Position numbers and translations under genes: made by a program. Source: Felis catus (Eukaryota). Taken from it: a DNA stretch of 64,000 nt. Below the pieces are notes generated by a model. It searched no databases, was not told where the DNA came from, and saw only the letters and a program-made list of their open reading frames with translations. Location of the stretch: positions 174,470,001 to 174,534,000 of the forward strand of contig NC_058368.1 in assembly GCF_018350175.1 (NCBI RefSeq), in the 5' to 3' direction. Shown piece by piece: positions 49,252 to 59,830 of this stretch; position 1 is the stretch's first letter, and every line of letters starts with the position of its first letter.

Positions 49252-49477
49252 GGGGGCACCTGGCCGGCTCAGTCAGTTAAGCATCCGACTCTCGATTTTG
49301 GCTCAGGTCATGATCTCACTCACAGTTGATTTGTGAGATCGAGCCCCGCATTGGGCTCTGTGCTGACAGCTCCGAGCCTGCTTGGAATTCTCTCTCCCTC
49401 TCTCTCTCTCTGCCCCTCTACTGCTCTCACTCTCTCTCCCCCTCTCAAAATAAATAAATAAACATTAGAAAAAAAAA
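49252..49477 (+). mobile_element. Older CAN-SINE
   Basis: ggggcacctggccggctcagtcagttaagcatccgactctcgatttt, (CT)n and A tail. Confidence 0.93.
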
Positions 49478-50149
49478 AGAAGGGGAAGGTGGAGGAAAAA
49501 GAGCTCACCGAACAACAACAAAAACTCTTCAATGAAAAATAACGCTTCTCCCTGGGCAATAACAGCGATACAGACTGCATAAATCAATCCTACTTTGAGG
49601 TTCCTAGTTCAGGAAGGTAGTCACCAGCGTCTGTGAGCTGTTTTTAATTTTAACACACATCGATTATAAAGCTGCACAGGCTGTCAGAAGGGGTGTGTGC
49701 CTTTGCTTTTGCATGGGATCCTACCAGCCCTTTCCCTCTGGGGGACAGTGCCACAGCCTGTGACCAAGGGATGCTCCGTAGAAGCAGCAAACCATGAAGA
49801 TAGGGTCTTTGAAAGACATCTGTGGAGGTGGGAGGGGTCTCAGAGGAAATCTTGGCGCTGAAAGGATTCAAGGCTCTTGAACCCCATATCTGGCCTGAGG
49901 TTTGTGAGATTTGGAATCGGATAGTTTGGACTCAAAATCACACATTCACTGTATGATCTTGGGTAAATTATTTGATGTTGCTGAGCTTGGTTTCCATACC
50001 GGTCAAATAAATCGGGATATGGAGGCTGTGTTTTCCCACGGAGATCCAGTATGCCAAGCACTGTGCCTGGCCATAGCGAGAGTTCATCCTGAAGAACTTC
50101 AAAATGAAGAAGTTGATTCTACAATCTCTTTAAGCAGATCGATTCTCCT

Positions 50150-50365
50150 TGTGTGTCGCCAGGGATGGAGAGCTCACTATCTGACAAAGTGACTCAATCT
50201 GGGACAGCTCAGATGGTTCGAAATTCTCTCCTTACTTTGAGCCAACATTTGTCTCCTTGTAACTTCTCACTGATCCAAGTTATGCTCTCTGTAGTTATTT
50301 TAGCAAGTTTAAGTCTTTATTCCTTGTGACAGTCCTTCAATATTTGACAACAGCTTTCATGTCAA
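50150..50365 (-). mobile_element. L3/CR1 LINE fragment
   Basis: ccagggatggagagctcacta...gacagctc...ttgagccaa...tgtaactt...tgacagtccttcaatatttgacaacagct. Confidence 0.65.
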
Positions 50366-50374
50366 CACCTTCTG

Positions 50375-50630
50375 GATGAATGTGGTGAGGATCCTGTGCA
50401 GTAATGATAATGTGAAGAGCTCAGCACAGTGTCTGATGTGTCAGAAGGCCTCAGGAAATGGTAGCTCATCAGACTTCGGGCTAGAAAGTCCTGGGAGCAA
50501 ATCTCAGCTCCGCTACTTTCTAGATGTGAGACTCGGGGCAAGTTACTTAGTTACTTTTCACCTCGTTTTAGGTCTCCGTACAACGGGGATAAACAGCTAC
50601 TTTATAGAGTTGCTTTGTATTAGTTGTAAG
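50375..50630 (+). mobile_element. MIR fragments
   Basis: aatctcagctccgctactttctagatgtgagactcggggcaagttactta. Confidence 0.65.
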
Positions 50631-51065
50631 TGAAAGGCATTCTCATAATTAATACAAGTGATTCCCTTACACCCCTAAATTTCCCATAGGATTCGGGAAA
50701 GACAGGAATCTTCACGCTTCCTACAGGACTCGGAACCAAAGGGAACAAGCCCCAAGTGCGGATGACGTGGGATTTGTCAAACGGTGGGTCCAACCCAGGG
50801 AAGAGATCATGGGAAGTCACAGAGTGTCTGGGCTAGAAAAGGACCAGGCTAGAGAGGAGCAAGAAGCAAGAAAGAAGGGCACTCTAGAAGGGTGGGAACC
50901 TTGACAAAGGGGTCTTATTAGCATATCTAACGTGATGGAGTTTTAACATTTTTATAACAAATTGCAAGCAGTATACAAGGGTCGCTAGAAGCTCTAGGGA
51001 CAACACAGACTTGCACAAGGAAGAAAACATAAGCACCTTTTGAAGGGCAGAATTCGATGAGTTTC

Positions 51066-51285
51066 TTTCTTTTTTTTTTTTTCAACGTTTATTTATTTTT
51101 GGGACAGAGAGAGACAGAGCATGAACGGGCGAGGGGCAGAGAGAGAGGGAGACACAGAATCGGAAACAGGCTCCAGGCTCTGAGCCATCAGCCCAGAGCC
51201 CGACGCGGGGCTCGAACTCACGGACCAAGAGATCGTGACCTGGCTGAAGTCGGACGCTTAACCGACTGCGCCACCCAGGCGCCCC
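51066..51285 (-). mobile_element. Young CAN-SINE
   Basis: 15-bp TSD aattcgatgagtttc at 51051-51065 and 51291-51305. Confidence 0.97.
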
Positions 51286-51759
51286 AATTCAATTCGATGA
51301 GTTTCGACAAACACGTACACTTGTGTAAACACCACAATCAAGATGTACAACATTTCTCTCATCCCCCCAAATATCCCTCAGGCCCCTTTGCGGCAAATCC
51401 GCAGGCCCACCCACGTCCCAGGCCACCGCTGATCTGCTTCCTGTCACTGTAGAAGAGATTCGCCTTCTTCAGAAGGTCGTACAAGTGAAATCAGATGATA
51501 CCTACCTTTTTACGTCTGGCTTATTTTGCTCAGCCCATTGATTTTCAAGTGCAACTCAAAACTACGTCCTGATACCGTCCGTATCAGTTGCTTTGATTGA
51601 GGCGGGCCATCCCGTTGCGTGAATACGCACAACTGTTTATTATGAATAAATCTGCGCGCGTTCAAGTACGAGCCGTTGCGCAGGCAGAGGTCTTCCTTCA
51701 TCCTGGGAAAACATCCAGGAGTGGAATGGCTGGATCAAATGACCTGTGTATGAGTAACT

Positions 51760-52030
51760 TTTATTTATTATTATTTTTTTTTCTTCAAGTGTTTATTTAA
51801 ACTCCAGTTAGCTATCATACAGTGTAATGAATAGTTTCGGGTGTGCAACATAGCGATTCAACACTTTCCTGCAACACCCTGTGCTCGTCACCCCATCATC
51901 TATTTCACCCATCCTGTCGCCTACCTCCGTTCTGGTAACCATCAGTTCGTTCTCTCTAGTTAAGAGTCTGTTTCTCAGTTTGCTTCTCTCCCCCCGCCCC
52001 TCCACGTTCCTTTGGTTTGTCTCTGACATT
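51760..52030 (-). mobile_element. Carnivore L1 3' end (L1_Carn-like), 5'-truncated
   Basis: tttatttaaactccagttagc...tctggtaaccatcagttcgttctctctagttaagagtctgtttct. Confidence 0.8.
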
Positions 52031-52109
52031 TATGGCTCCCTTTGCAAAACAATCAACGGCCAGGCTGTTTTCCAAAGTAATTGCCAACACTTGCTGAGTC
52101 GACCTTTTT

Positions 52110-52349
52110 TTTTTTTTATTTTTCTTTAAAAAAAAAATTTTTTTTTAACGTTTATTTATTTTTGGGACAGAGAGAGACAGAGCATGAACGGGCGAGGGGC
52201 AGAGAGAGAGGGAGACACAGAATCGGAAACAGGCTCCAGGCTCTGAGCCATCAGCCCAGAGCCCGACGCGGGGTTCGAACTCACGGACCGTGAGATCGTG
52301 ACCTGAGCTGAAGTCGGACGCCCAACCGACTGAGCCACCCAGGTGCCCC
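52110..52349 (-). mobile_element. CAN-SINE with mosaic young/older features
   Basis: TSD gagtcgaccttttt / gagttgaccttttt at 52096-52109 and 52350-52363, one CpG change. Confidence 0.96.
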
Positions 52350-53523
52350 GAGTTGACCTTTTTCATTTTAGCTGTCCTGGTAGGTGTAGTGGTTCCCCAC
52401 TGTGATGTGACCTGTAATTTCCCCGGGGACTAAACCCAGTGACCATCTTCACATGTGTATTGCACATTCCCGCATCTTCTACTGTGACGGTTTCTGTTTA
52501 AATATCTTGCTCGTTTTTACTGGGGTGTTTATTTTGTACTTACGGAGTAGTAGAGGTGCCTTATAGAAAGAAGTCTTTCGGCTGTCTACCTAACCATCTA
52601 TCTTTCTGTCTGTCTATCTGCTCCTAGTCTGTGTATCACCATTTCATTTTCTTACTAGTGTCTTTTGAAGAGTAACGAGGCTGCCGTAAAGCCTAACTTA
52701 CGGACTTTGTACTTTATGGTTTGTTTTTTGTACCCTTGCTAAGAAATTTTGGCTCCCCGAATATCGCGAAAATATCTCCTGCGCTTTCTCTCAGAAGCTG
52801 TAACTTTGTAGTTTTAGCTCTTCGACGTTGGTCTGGGATCCAGTGGACGCGTTTCTGCACACGGTGAGGCCAGGGTCAAGTTTTGTTCCCCACCGATGGA
52901 GGGCCAGTTGTTCCAGTACCATTTGTTGAAAAGGTGATCCTTTCCCTCACTGAATTAACTTTGCCCTCGTGCCGGAAACCAATCGCACGTAGATGTTAGT
53001 CTGTTTCTGGGCTGTCTTTTTGGTTCTATTGATCGATGTATCCATCTTATGCCAGACCACACTGCCACGTTCCCGGTAGTGTTATACGAAGGCTTAAAAT
53101 CAGATAGTGTGAGTCCTCCAACTTTGTCTTTCTCTTTCAACGTTGTTTCAGCTGGTCATGGGGAGGCAGCATGAAACATGTCTAGGGGTCACGGAGCCTC
53201 CTGGAAGAAAAAGGTTGGGGACCCCCTCTCTTTTTGAGGTTTAACGCCATTAGAGTTTCACAAGTAGGAACAGACAAGAGCCTAGAGAGCCACTCACCAG
53301 GATGGAAGGGAATTTCTCAGTGGGTGGGTGACCTGAGTTCAGCTCAAAGGGTCTGAGGGCTGGGCTGCTTCTAGCACAGCTCATGGATGCAGCTAGAAAG
53401 CCCATCCAGCCTCAATGGCCCTGGCCCCGTGGAAATAAGGGCGGCATGGCAGAGATACTGAGCTATTGGCTAAAGAGGCATTAGGGGAACAATGAACCAG
53501 AGCCTAGAACTGTGTCTCTTAGT

Positions 53524-53730
53524 GGGGCCCTTAAGTGGTTCAGTCGGTCGCTTAACGGCTCTTGACTGCGGCTCGGGTCATGACCTCACACTGTGGGACT
53601 GAGCCTCACATTGGGCTCTGGGCCGTCAGTGTAGAACCTGCATTAGGATTCTCTCTCTCCCTCTCTCTGCCCCGCCCCCGCTGGTGCTCGTGCTCTCGCT
53701 CTCTCTCAAAACAAATAAATCAACATTTTT
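53524..53730 (+). mobile_element. Older CAN-SINE
   Basis: Diverged head ggggcccttaagtggttcagtcgg, (CT)n and aaataaa tail; upstream flank tgtgtctcttag. Confidence 0.88.
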
Positions 53731-53745
53731 AAAAATGTGTCTCTT

Positions 53746-53927
53746 GGGGCGCCTGGGTGGCGCAGTCGGTTCCGTGAGTTCGAGCCCCGCGTCAGGCTCT
53801 GGGCTGATGGCTCGGAGCCTGGAGCCTGTTTCCGATTCTGTGTCTCCCTCTCTCTCTGCCCCTCCCCCGTTCATGCTCTGTCTCTCTCTGTCCCCAAAAT
53901 AAAATAAACATTGAAAAAAAAAATTTT
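53746..53927 (+). mobile_element. Young CAN-SINE with a 36-nt internal deletion (left arm of inverted pair)
   Basis: gcgcagtcggtt joined directly to ccgtgagttcgag; otherwise near consensus. Confidence 0.95.
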
Positions 53928-53996
53928 AAATGCCCAGTTCCTCCTTTCACGTTTGAGAGTCAGTGAGTGGCTTGCTGTTCTAAGAGACACATTTTT

Positions 53997-54209
53997 TTTT
54001 TCAACGTTTTTTATTTTTATTTTTGGGACAGAGAGAGACAGAGCATGAACGGGGGAGGGGCAGAGAGAGAGGGAGACACAGAATCGGAAGCAGGCTCCAG
54101 GCTCTGAGCCATCAGCCCAGAGCCCGACGCGGGGCTCAAACTCACGGACCGCGAGATCGTGACCTGGCTGAAGTCGGAGGCTTAACCGACTGCGCCACCC
54201 AGGCGCCCC
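53997..54209 (-). mobile_element. Young CAN-SINE (right arm of inverted pair)
   Basis: Near-consensus body ending ctgcgccacccaggcgcccc. Confidence 0.96.
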
Positions 54210-54665
54210 TAAACTGGGCATTTTAAATGGCCCTGGGTGGAGAAAGATGTGGTGTACGAGCGGTGATAGTGACAGTTTTATCAAAATAGCCTTCCAAATG
54301 TCAACTGTCCCGCGGTAATGCTGTTTGAAAAATTGGTCGCCCGAGAAATACAGAGATAATTTTGTATTACGCAATCTGTGACGCAGTAGACGCTTTCCGG
54401 GAAGAATGAATGGGCGAGTGAATGAGTGAACGAATGCATGCGTGCAGACGACGATGCGACAGGACGTTTTCCAAATATGGTTAGATCTCTATCGCTTATG
54501 TTTGGAATATCTAGCAAAACGTAAAAGAGAGGATAGGGACTTGCAATTTAATTTTAATCATTTCAGTTAAAATTGCTGGGCTTCTTAAAGCAAGCTTTTG
54601 GAACGCAAAGCGTTCCTCTCAGGATTAAGTGGCACTAAAACCTACTTACTCAAGATGTCCAGAGA

Positions 54666-54879
54666 GGGGCGCCTGGGTGGCTCAGTCGGTTAAGCTTCCC
54701 ACTTCCGCTCAGGTCATGATCTCACAGTTTGTGAGTTCAGCCCCGCGTCGGGCTCTGTGCTGACAGCTCAGAGCCTGGAGCCTGCTTCAGATTCTGTGTC
54801 CCCATCTCTCTCTCTCTGCCCCTCCCTGGCTCACACTCTGACTCTCTCTCTAAAAAATAAACATCGAAAAAAAAAAAAA
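54666..54879 (+). mobile_element. CAN-SINE
   Basis: 14-bp TSD aagatgtccagaga at 54652-54665 and 54880-54893. Confidence 0.96.
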
Positions 54880-55382
54880 AAGATGTCCAGAGAAAGACAT
54901 TTAGCTCAAACCCTGCATCCTGAGAAAGGACTGTGGTTATTAATATAAATATAACTCTTTAAACATGAATTAATTTGTCCCACATGGTTTTGCTGGAGCC
55001 CTAATGGTGAGGCAAATGTTATCCACTTTTATTTAAAATGCCTGTCAATCGTGACCCCCCATGACATAAGTTGCATCTTGAGGCTCTGGGACACAAATAG
55101 CTCTGTTCGGTGACCCTGGCAGTCTTGTCTTCAAAACAGGAAACCCCAGTGGGAGCATTTCTCTACTTCTTTTCTTTTTCCAATACAATTCGATGATATT
55201 TACTGAGTGGCTACTTCATCCCAGGATCTGATGGCTGGAGTCACAGAGAGGGGCTGATGCATGGACCCTGCTCTCAGGGACTCACAGTCTAATGGGGAGA
55301 CGGAGATGTACCCAAGGATCCACAAATTGTATGAAGAGAGGATGTGCAGAACGTCTTGGGAACAGACAGAGGAGCAACTCAT

Positions 55383-55610
55383 TTTTTTGTTTTAGAAAAG
55401 TTTTTTTAACGTTTATTCATTATTGAGAGACACAGAGAGACAGCATGAGCATGGGAGGGGCAGAGAGAGGAGGAGACCCAGAATCCGAAGCAGACTCCAG
55501 GCTCTGAGCTGTCAGCACAGAGCCCGACACGGGGCTCGAACTCACAAGCCGTGAGATCATGACCTGAGCCGAAGTCGGACGCTTAGCCGACTGAGCCACC
55601 CAGGCGCCCC
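55383..55610 (-). mobile_element. CAN-SINE within an L2 (L2 on minus strand, about 55190-55800)
   Basis: Full body; no TSD detectable. Confidence 0.94.
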
Positions 55611-56379
55611 TACACATGAGGTAGATCTTGAGGGATGAATGGGGCTTTTAACAAAGAAGAGGAAGAAGAGGCATTTCAAACTCATGGAACAATAGATATA
55701 AAGGTGTAGAAATGCGGACGAGGTTGTAGAAATCTTGGGGACACTGTGTGTGGTGTCAGTTAAGGGCTGGGGGGCCCCTGCTGACATCTGGGTGACTTGA
55801 GGGGAAGACTCGGGTGCCAACTCTGAGAAAAAAAAATTAAAACTTCAACGTGGGGTTAACAGAATCAGCTTCTCTGGTTCCAGGTTGTTTCTAGAAAAAT
55901 CTATCTCCAAATAGGGCATGGGGCCCACTTCCCAGACTGGTGATCAATAGAAGGGGGCACATAGTGAGGTTTTGTAAGAGGATGCTTGTCTTTTTCCTTT
56001 GTTTTTTCTGTCACAAAGAGTCTCGAACACTTGAGATGGTTGGTTTCAAGGAGGCACATGTTTGCGTTCATCTTGAATGTTTTAGATGCAAGCGACAGAA
56101 AGCCAATTCAAACAACCTTTTGTCTGCAAGAGGTGGAGGTCGCTGGAGAGCCATCTTAGACGCTGCTCACAACGCCCATGGACTATATCCAAGAGAGAAC
56201 GTCCAAGCTGCACACCAGGACGACCGACTCGCTTTTGGTACCAGCAGGAGCCCAAATATGGACACTAGGAGGTGGGGAAGCTTGGAGGTCACTCCAGAGT
56301 AGGTGAGCACAACATGTTTCTCAGTCGGAAAGAAACAGAGGGAAGCCAACAAGGAATGAAAGAAAAAATTCAAGTATCT

Positions 56380-56720
56380 ACGCCCTCTGGGAGACCTCCC
56401 CAGGCTCCGCCTTCCTCCTTTAGGGAGATGGCTTAGCTCCTTCCGGGGGCCCACAACCCTTGTGCTTGTCGTGGCCCCGGTGGAGGTGGAGGGCAGCTGT
56501 CTCCCTGTGTTAGAGGGTCTGTTCTGATGTGCCTCCACCATCAGACTGTAAGCTCCTAGAGGGCGAGCACTGTGCCAAGCCCACAACATAGTAGTGAACA
56601 AAAGACGGGCAAGGTCTCATTCCCCATGGAATCCCAGTCTGATGGGAGACGGAGGCATTAATGCAATCATTACAAAACAATTGACTGTGTAAACTGAGGT
56701 AAGTGCCGTGAACCCCAAGT
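56380..56720. mobile_element. L2 fragments (plus then minus orientation)
   Basis: agactgtaagctcctagagggc on plus; agtgaacaaaagacgggcaaggtctcattccccatggaa on minus. Confidence 0.6.
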
Positions 56721-56959
56721 TCAGGTGCAATAAAACAGCACTTAGCAAATGCTTGTTACAGACGGGAATGAAATAAAGACAGAATCATCTGAAAAGTATT
56801 TTTGTTTAGCTTTCTTGATTGGAATATGAATTCTTTGCACGTGGAGGTTGTTGCCTAACTCCATATAGTCCATATAATTTGAGCTCAGTAAGCAGGTTGA
56901 GAATTTGACTTGGCCTATTATTTAATTATTAGGATTGTTATTTGCAGCATGTGTTTCAG

Positions 56960-57560
56960 GATATTTTTTGTTGTTGTTGTTATTGTTGTAAATGGCAGAA
57001 TTCCAGGTCAGACAAGTTTCAGTATAAAAGGGAATTTATTGTTTCTTCTCGCTGATAATTGGCAAGTCCGGGGCTGGCACTGGTTTAAGTCACGGGGTCC
57101 TTATGTCCTTAGAACTTGACGGCTCTCTATGTCTTGAATCTGCTTTCTAAGAAGGCTCAGACAGGCTCTCTTCTAGGTGATGACAAAGGTGGCCACCAGC
57201 ATTTGCAAGCTCCCTATGTCTTGAATCTGCTTTCTAAGAAGGCTCAGACAGGCTCTCTTCTAGGTGATGACAAAGGTGGCCACCAGCATTTGCAAGCTTA
57301 GTAACTGGAACGCACGGGGAGCAACTCTTTCCTGAAACCTCCAGCGAAATCCCAAAGTCCATTCCCATTGGTCTGGCTTGGCTGTCTGCTCTCACCTAAA
57401 ATCCACAACTTTAGCCAAGGGGATACAGGATCACCTTGGCCAGGCCTGGGTCAGGTGGCCACACTGAGTGCCAGGGATGGATGGGCTCCCAGCCCCCACC
57501 CTGCACCCCAACTCGTAGACAGAGGGGAGGTCAGAAGTGGTGTCGTGGAGAGATACCAGA
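56960..57560 (-). mobile_element. MaLR LTR (MLT1J-like) with an internal tandem duplication
   Basis: aaagggaatttattg (AATAAA on minus)...cattggtctggcttgg...ttggccaggcctgggtca. Confidence 0.65.
57122..57298. repeat. 87-bp tandem duplication
   Basis: Units at 57122-57208 and 57209-57295 with one mismatch, plus a trailing GCT. Confidence 0.97.
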
Positions 57561-58299
57561 ATGTCAAACATATCTGCTCACCTTCACGGAGATGAAAAAG
57601 AGTAGAGCTCTTTAGATTTCAAAATCCAGGGCTCAAAAAACACTTTTGCATAAACAGACAAAAGAAAAGCCTCTCTGCTCTGATTGCAGAGTCGAGTCTC
57701 ATGTTCCACAAAAGATCTAAAAATGAAGACTGAGTTGGATCGCTACATTTTATAACCTGCCATTTCCAGACAATGGATAAGTAGTAATTATTTCTCCCAC
57801 AATCCCTTAAAAGGCAAATAGTGTTATTCAAATAAATCTCTCACAGATTCGAAAACAGAGAGGTTGTGACATCTACGGCAGAGACTAAGACTGGCGTTAA
57901 TGGTTTCTTTAGAAGTTCTGGAGTCATAAAACCCGAGTTGAGGCCTTTGTTCCATCTCTAACGGGCTGTATGGCATAGACAAGTCATCTCATCTTTTTGG
58001 GCACTGTGGAAAGCTCTCTCAGAGGCCTCTAACGAGCGCCGAAACCTATTCATAAAGTGTAAAACTGACAGGCAATTCATTTCATTTCTTCAGCCAGCCA
58101 GTCAACATTGCGTGTCCCCGGGGGGGCGGGGGGCTCTGAGGAGGGAGGAGCTGATTCTCCGAGTGGGTGTGAAGGCTGGTTCGTGGAGCCATAGAAAAGG
58201 CTTCAAAGCGGATTGGGTCCACACCAAGAGAAAGGTGAGAGAGGCACAGGGCACAGACGTGGAGGCAGGTGCCCGCTCGGTAAAGCTGGTGGCCCTTCT

Positions 58300-58630
58300 C
58301 TGTGAGCGGGCCCACCGCAGCCATGTTTCACAGCGTGTGGCCCCCTCTCCGCCTGGCCACAGCTGATTGGGCCAGAGGGGACAGCTGACCCAGGAGGCAC
58401 ACTCCATTGGCTGAATAGAGCCAATCAGGTTCTCTCCTGGGAACTTGGAATTGGGAGAGCGGGTCAGAGGGGAGCGAGTGCTGGACCCTTTAAGGTTTTA
58501 TCCACTTGTGGGTCAGAGTGCGTGGAGGCAGCCCTCTGGAACCTTCTACAAAGTTGATTAGAGACTGGAGATTTGTGGAGAAACATGGAGAATGAGAGTG
58601 AAGAGAAAAGCAGAGTGAGAGATGGGTGGG
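58300..58630 (+). mobile_element. MaLR LTR (MLT1M/N-like)
   Basis: cagctgattgggccagagg...ctgaccca...agccaatcaggttctctcctgggaacttggaattggg. Confidence 0.55.
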
Positions 58631-59391
58631 AAGGGAGTGTCCCTCTTACAATAAATCGCCTTTAACTAATGCTTCGGGTTTTTTTTGTTCTTTTACTTTG
58701 TTCATTAACAGGCACTTCAGTTCCAGGACACTCGCACAAGCCAAGTCCTGGAGATGCTCTCCCTTAATTTTTGCTACTCTTCGCCCCTCCGTTTACTTCG
58801 TTCCTTCAGTTCTCTCCTCCTTGCTGCTCACAGAGCCAGTTTTCTGATCTTCTCTAACAGTTTTTGGGGCTTTTCCTGGAAGTAGCAAAGAGTAGCTTTC
58901 TGGTGCCTGCCTTACCATCGCCGTCACCACCACCTTAGTTTACAAGGTCAGGAATAAAAAAGATCACGTTTCTTTATTTTCTTTAAGCTAAATTCAGGCT
59001 TAAATTGGGAATCTCTATCTACCTGGTTAGTGGGAAATTTAACCTCAGTCACTACTGGGTCAGGGATCAATCCGGGCTGTTGTTCCTGCGTGAGGCCCTG
59101 ACCTCCCGAGGTGCCACCAGCCTCCTACATCGCCCGTCACGACTTGTTCCGTCTACGAGGAACCCTTGCCCACTTTAGAAGCATTGCCTTCTCTCTCCTC
59201 TCCCTGCATAATCTCCTTAATGGCTACCTCTTCTGGAAAACAAAGAAGGCAGTTCCTGGAGGAGAAATACAGGAGTAAAAAAGAACAAGTATATCAGTTA
59301 TTATGCCACTCAGATAACTTTGCTTGAATAGTTAGTTGAACACTTACCACAGTTCAAACATCGTTCTAAGAGGTTTTTTTCCCTTTAGTTT

Positions 59392-59614
59392 AAAAAAGAA
59401 TTTTTTTTAAACATTTATTCATTTTTGAAAGGCAGACAGAGACAGAGCACAAACGAGGGAGGGCTAGAGAGAGAGGGAGACACAGAATCCGAAGCAGGTT
59501 CCAGGTTGCAAGCTGTCAGCAGAGAGCCCCAGATGTGGTTCGAACTCTCGGACCGCGAGATCATGACCTGAGCCGAAGTCAGCCGATTAACCAACTGAGC
59601 CACCCAGGCGCCCC
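59392..59614 (-). mobile_element. CAN-SINE within a MIR
   Basis: Full body; flanks ttttccctttagtt and ttttcccttcaatt. Confidence 0.94.
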
Positions 59615-59644
59615 TTTTCCCTTCAATTTTTAACAAAATTGTAG

Positions 59645-59647
<3 letters not shown>

Positions 59648-59708
<61 letters not shown>

Positions 59709-59830
59709 ATATTGTATATATACATATATACATATATATACATATATATGTATATTGTAGTGCCATATATATATAAATTATTTATTTAGTGCCATATATA
59801 TATATAAATTATTTATTTATTTATATATTT
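59648..59830. repeat. Compound (TA)n(TG)n microsatellite with duplicated flanks
   Basis: TA, TG and TACA tracts; tagtgccatatatat occurs three times. Confidence 0.95.

Larger units (their letters stand above)
51010..53150 (-). mobile_element. Old L1 (L1MB/ME-like): 3'UTR and ORF2 C-terminal remnant with nested insertions
   Basis: ORF 52955-53140 KEKDKVGGLTLSDFKPSY resembles L1 ORF2p KNKVGGLTLPDFKTYY; also ccagttgttccagtaccatttgttgaaaag. Confidence 0.8.

Noticed and set aside
5606..50196. About 11 AP-1 heptamers (TGASTCA) and two ATTTGCAT octamers
   Set aside because: Roughly 8 and 2 are expected by chance in 64 kb; no clear enrichment.
3756..54226. Recurrent ORF peptides such as MGQRETEHERGRGRERGRHRIGNRLQALSHQPRARRG and GAWVAQSVKRPTSAQV
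   Set aside because: Translations of dispersed SINE copies; not a gene family and not a regularly spaced CRISPR-like array.
57116..57301. ORF with a repeated 29-aa peptide
   Set aside because: A by-product of the 87-bp (3 x 29) DNA duplication inside an LTR; no coding evidence.
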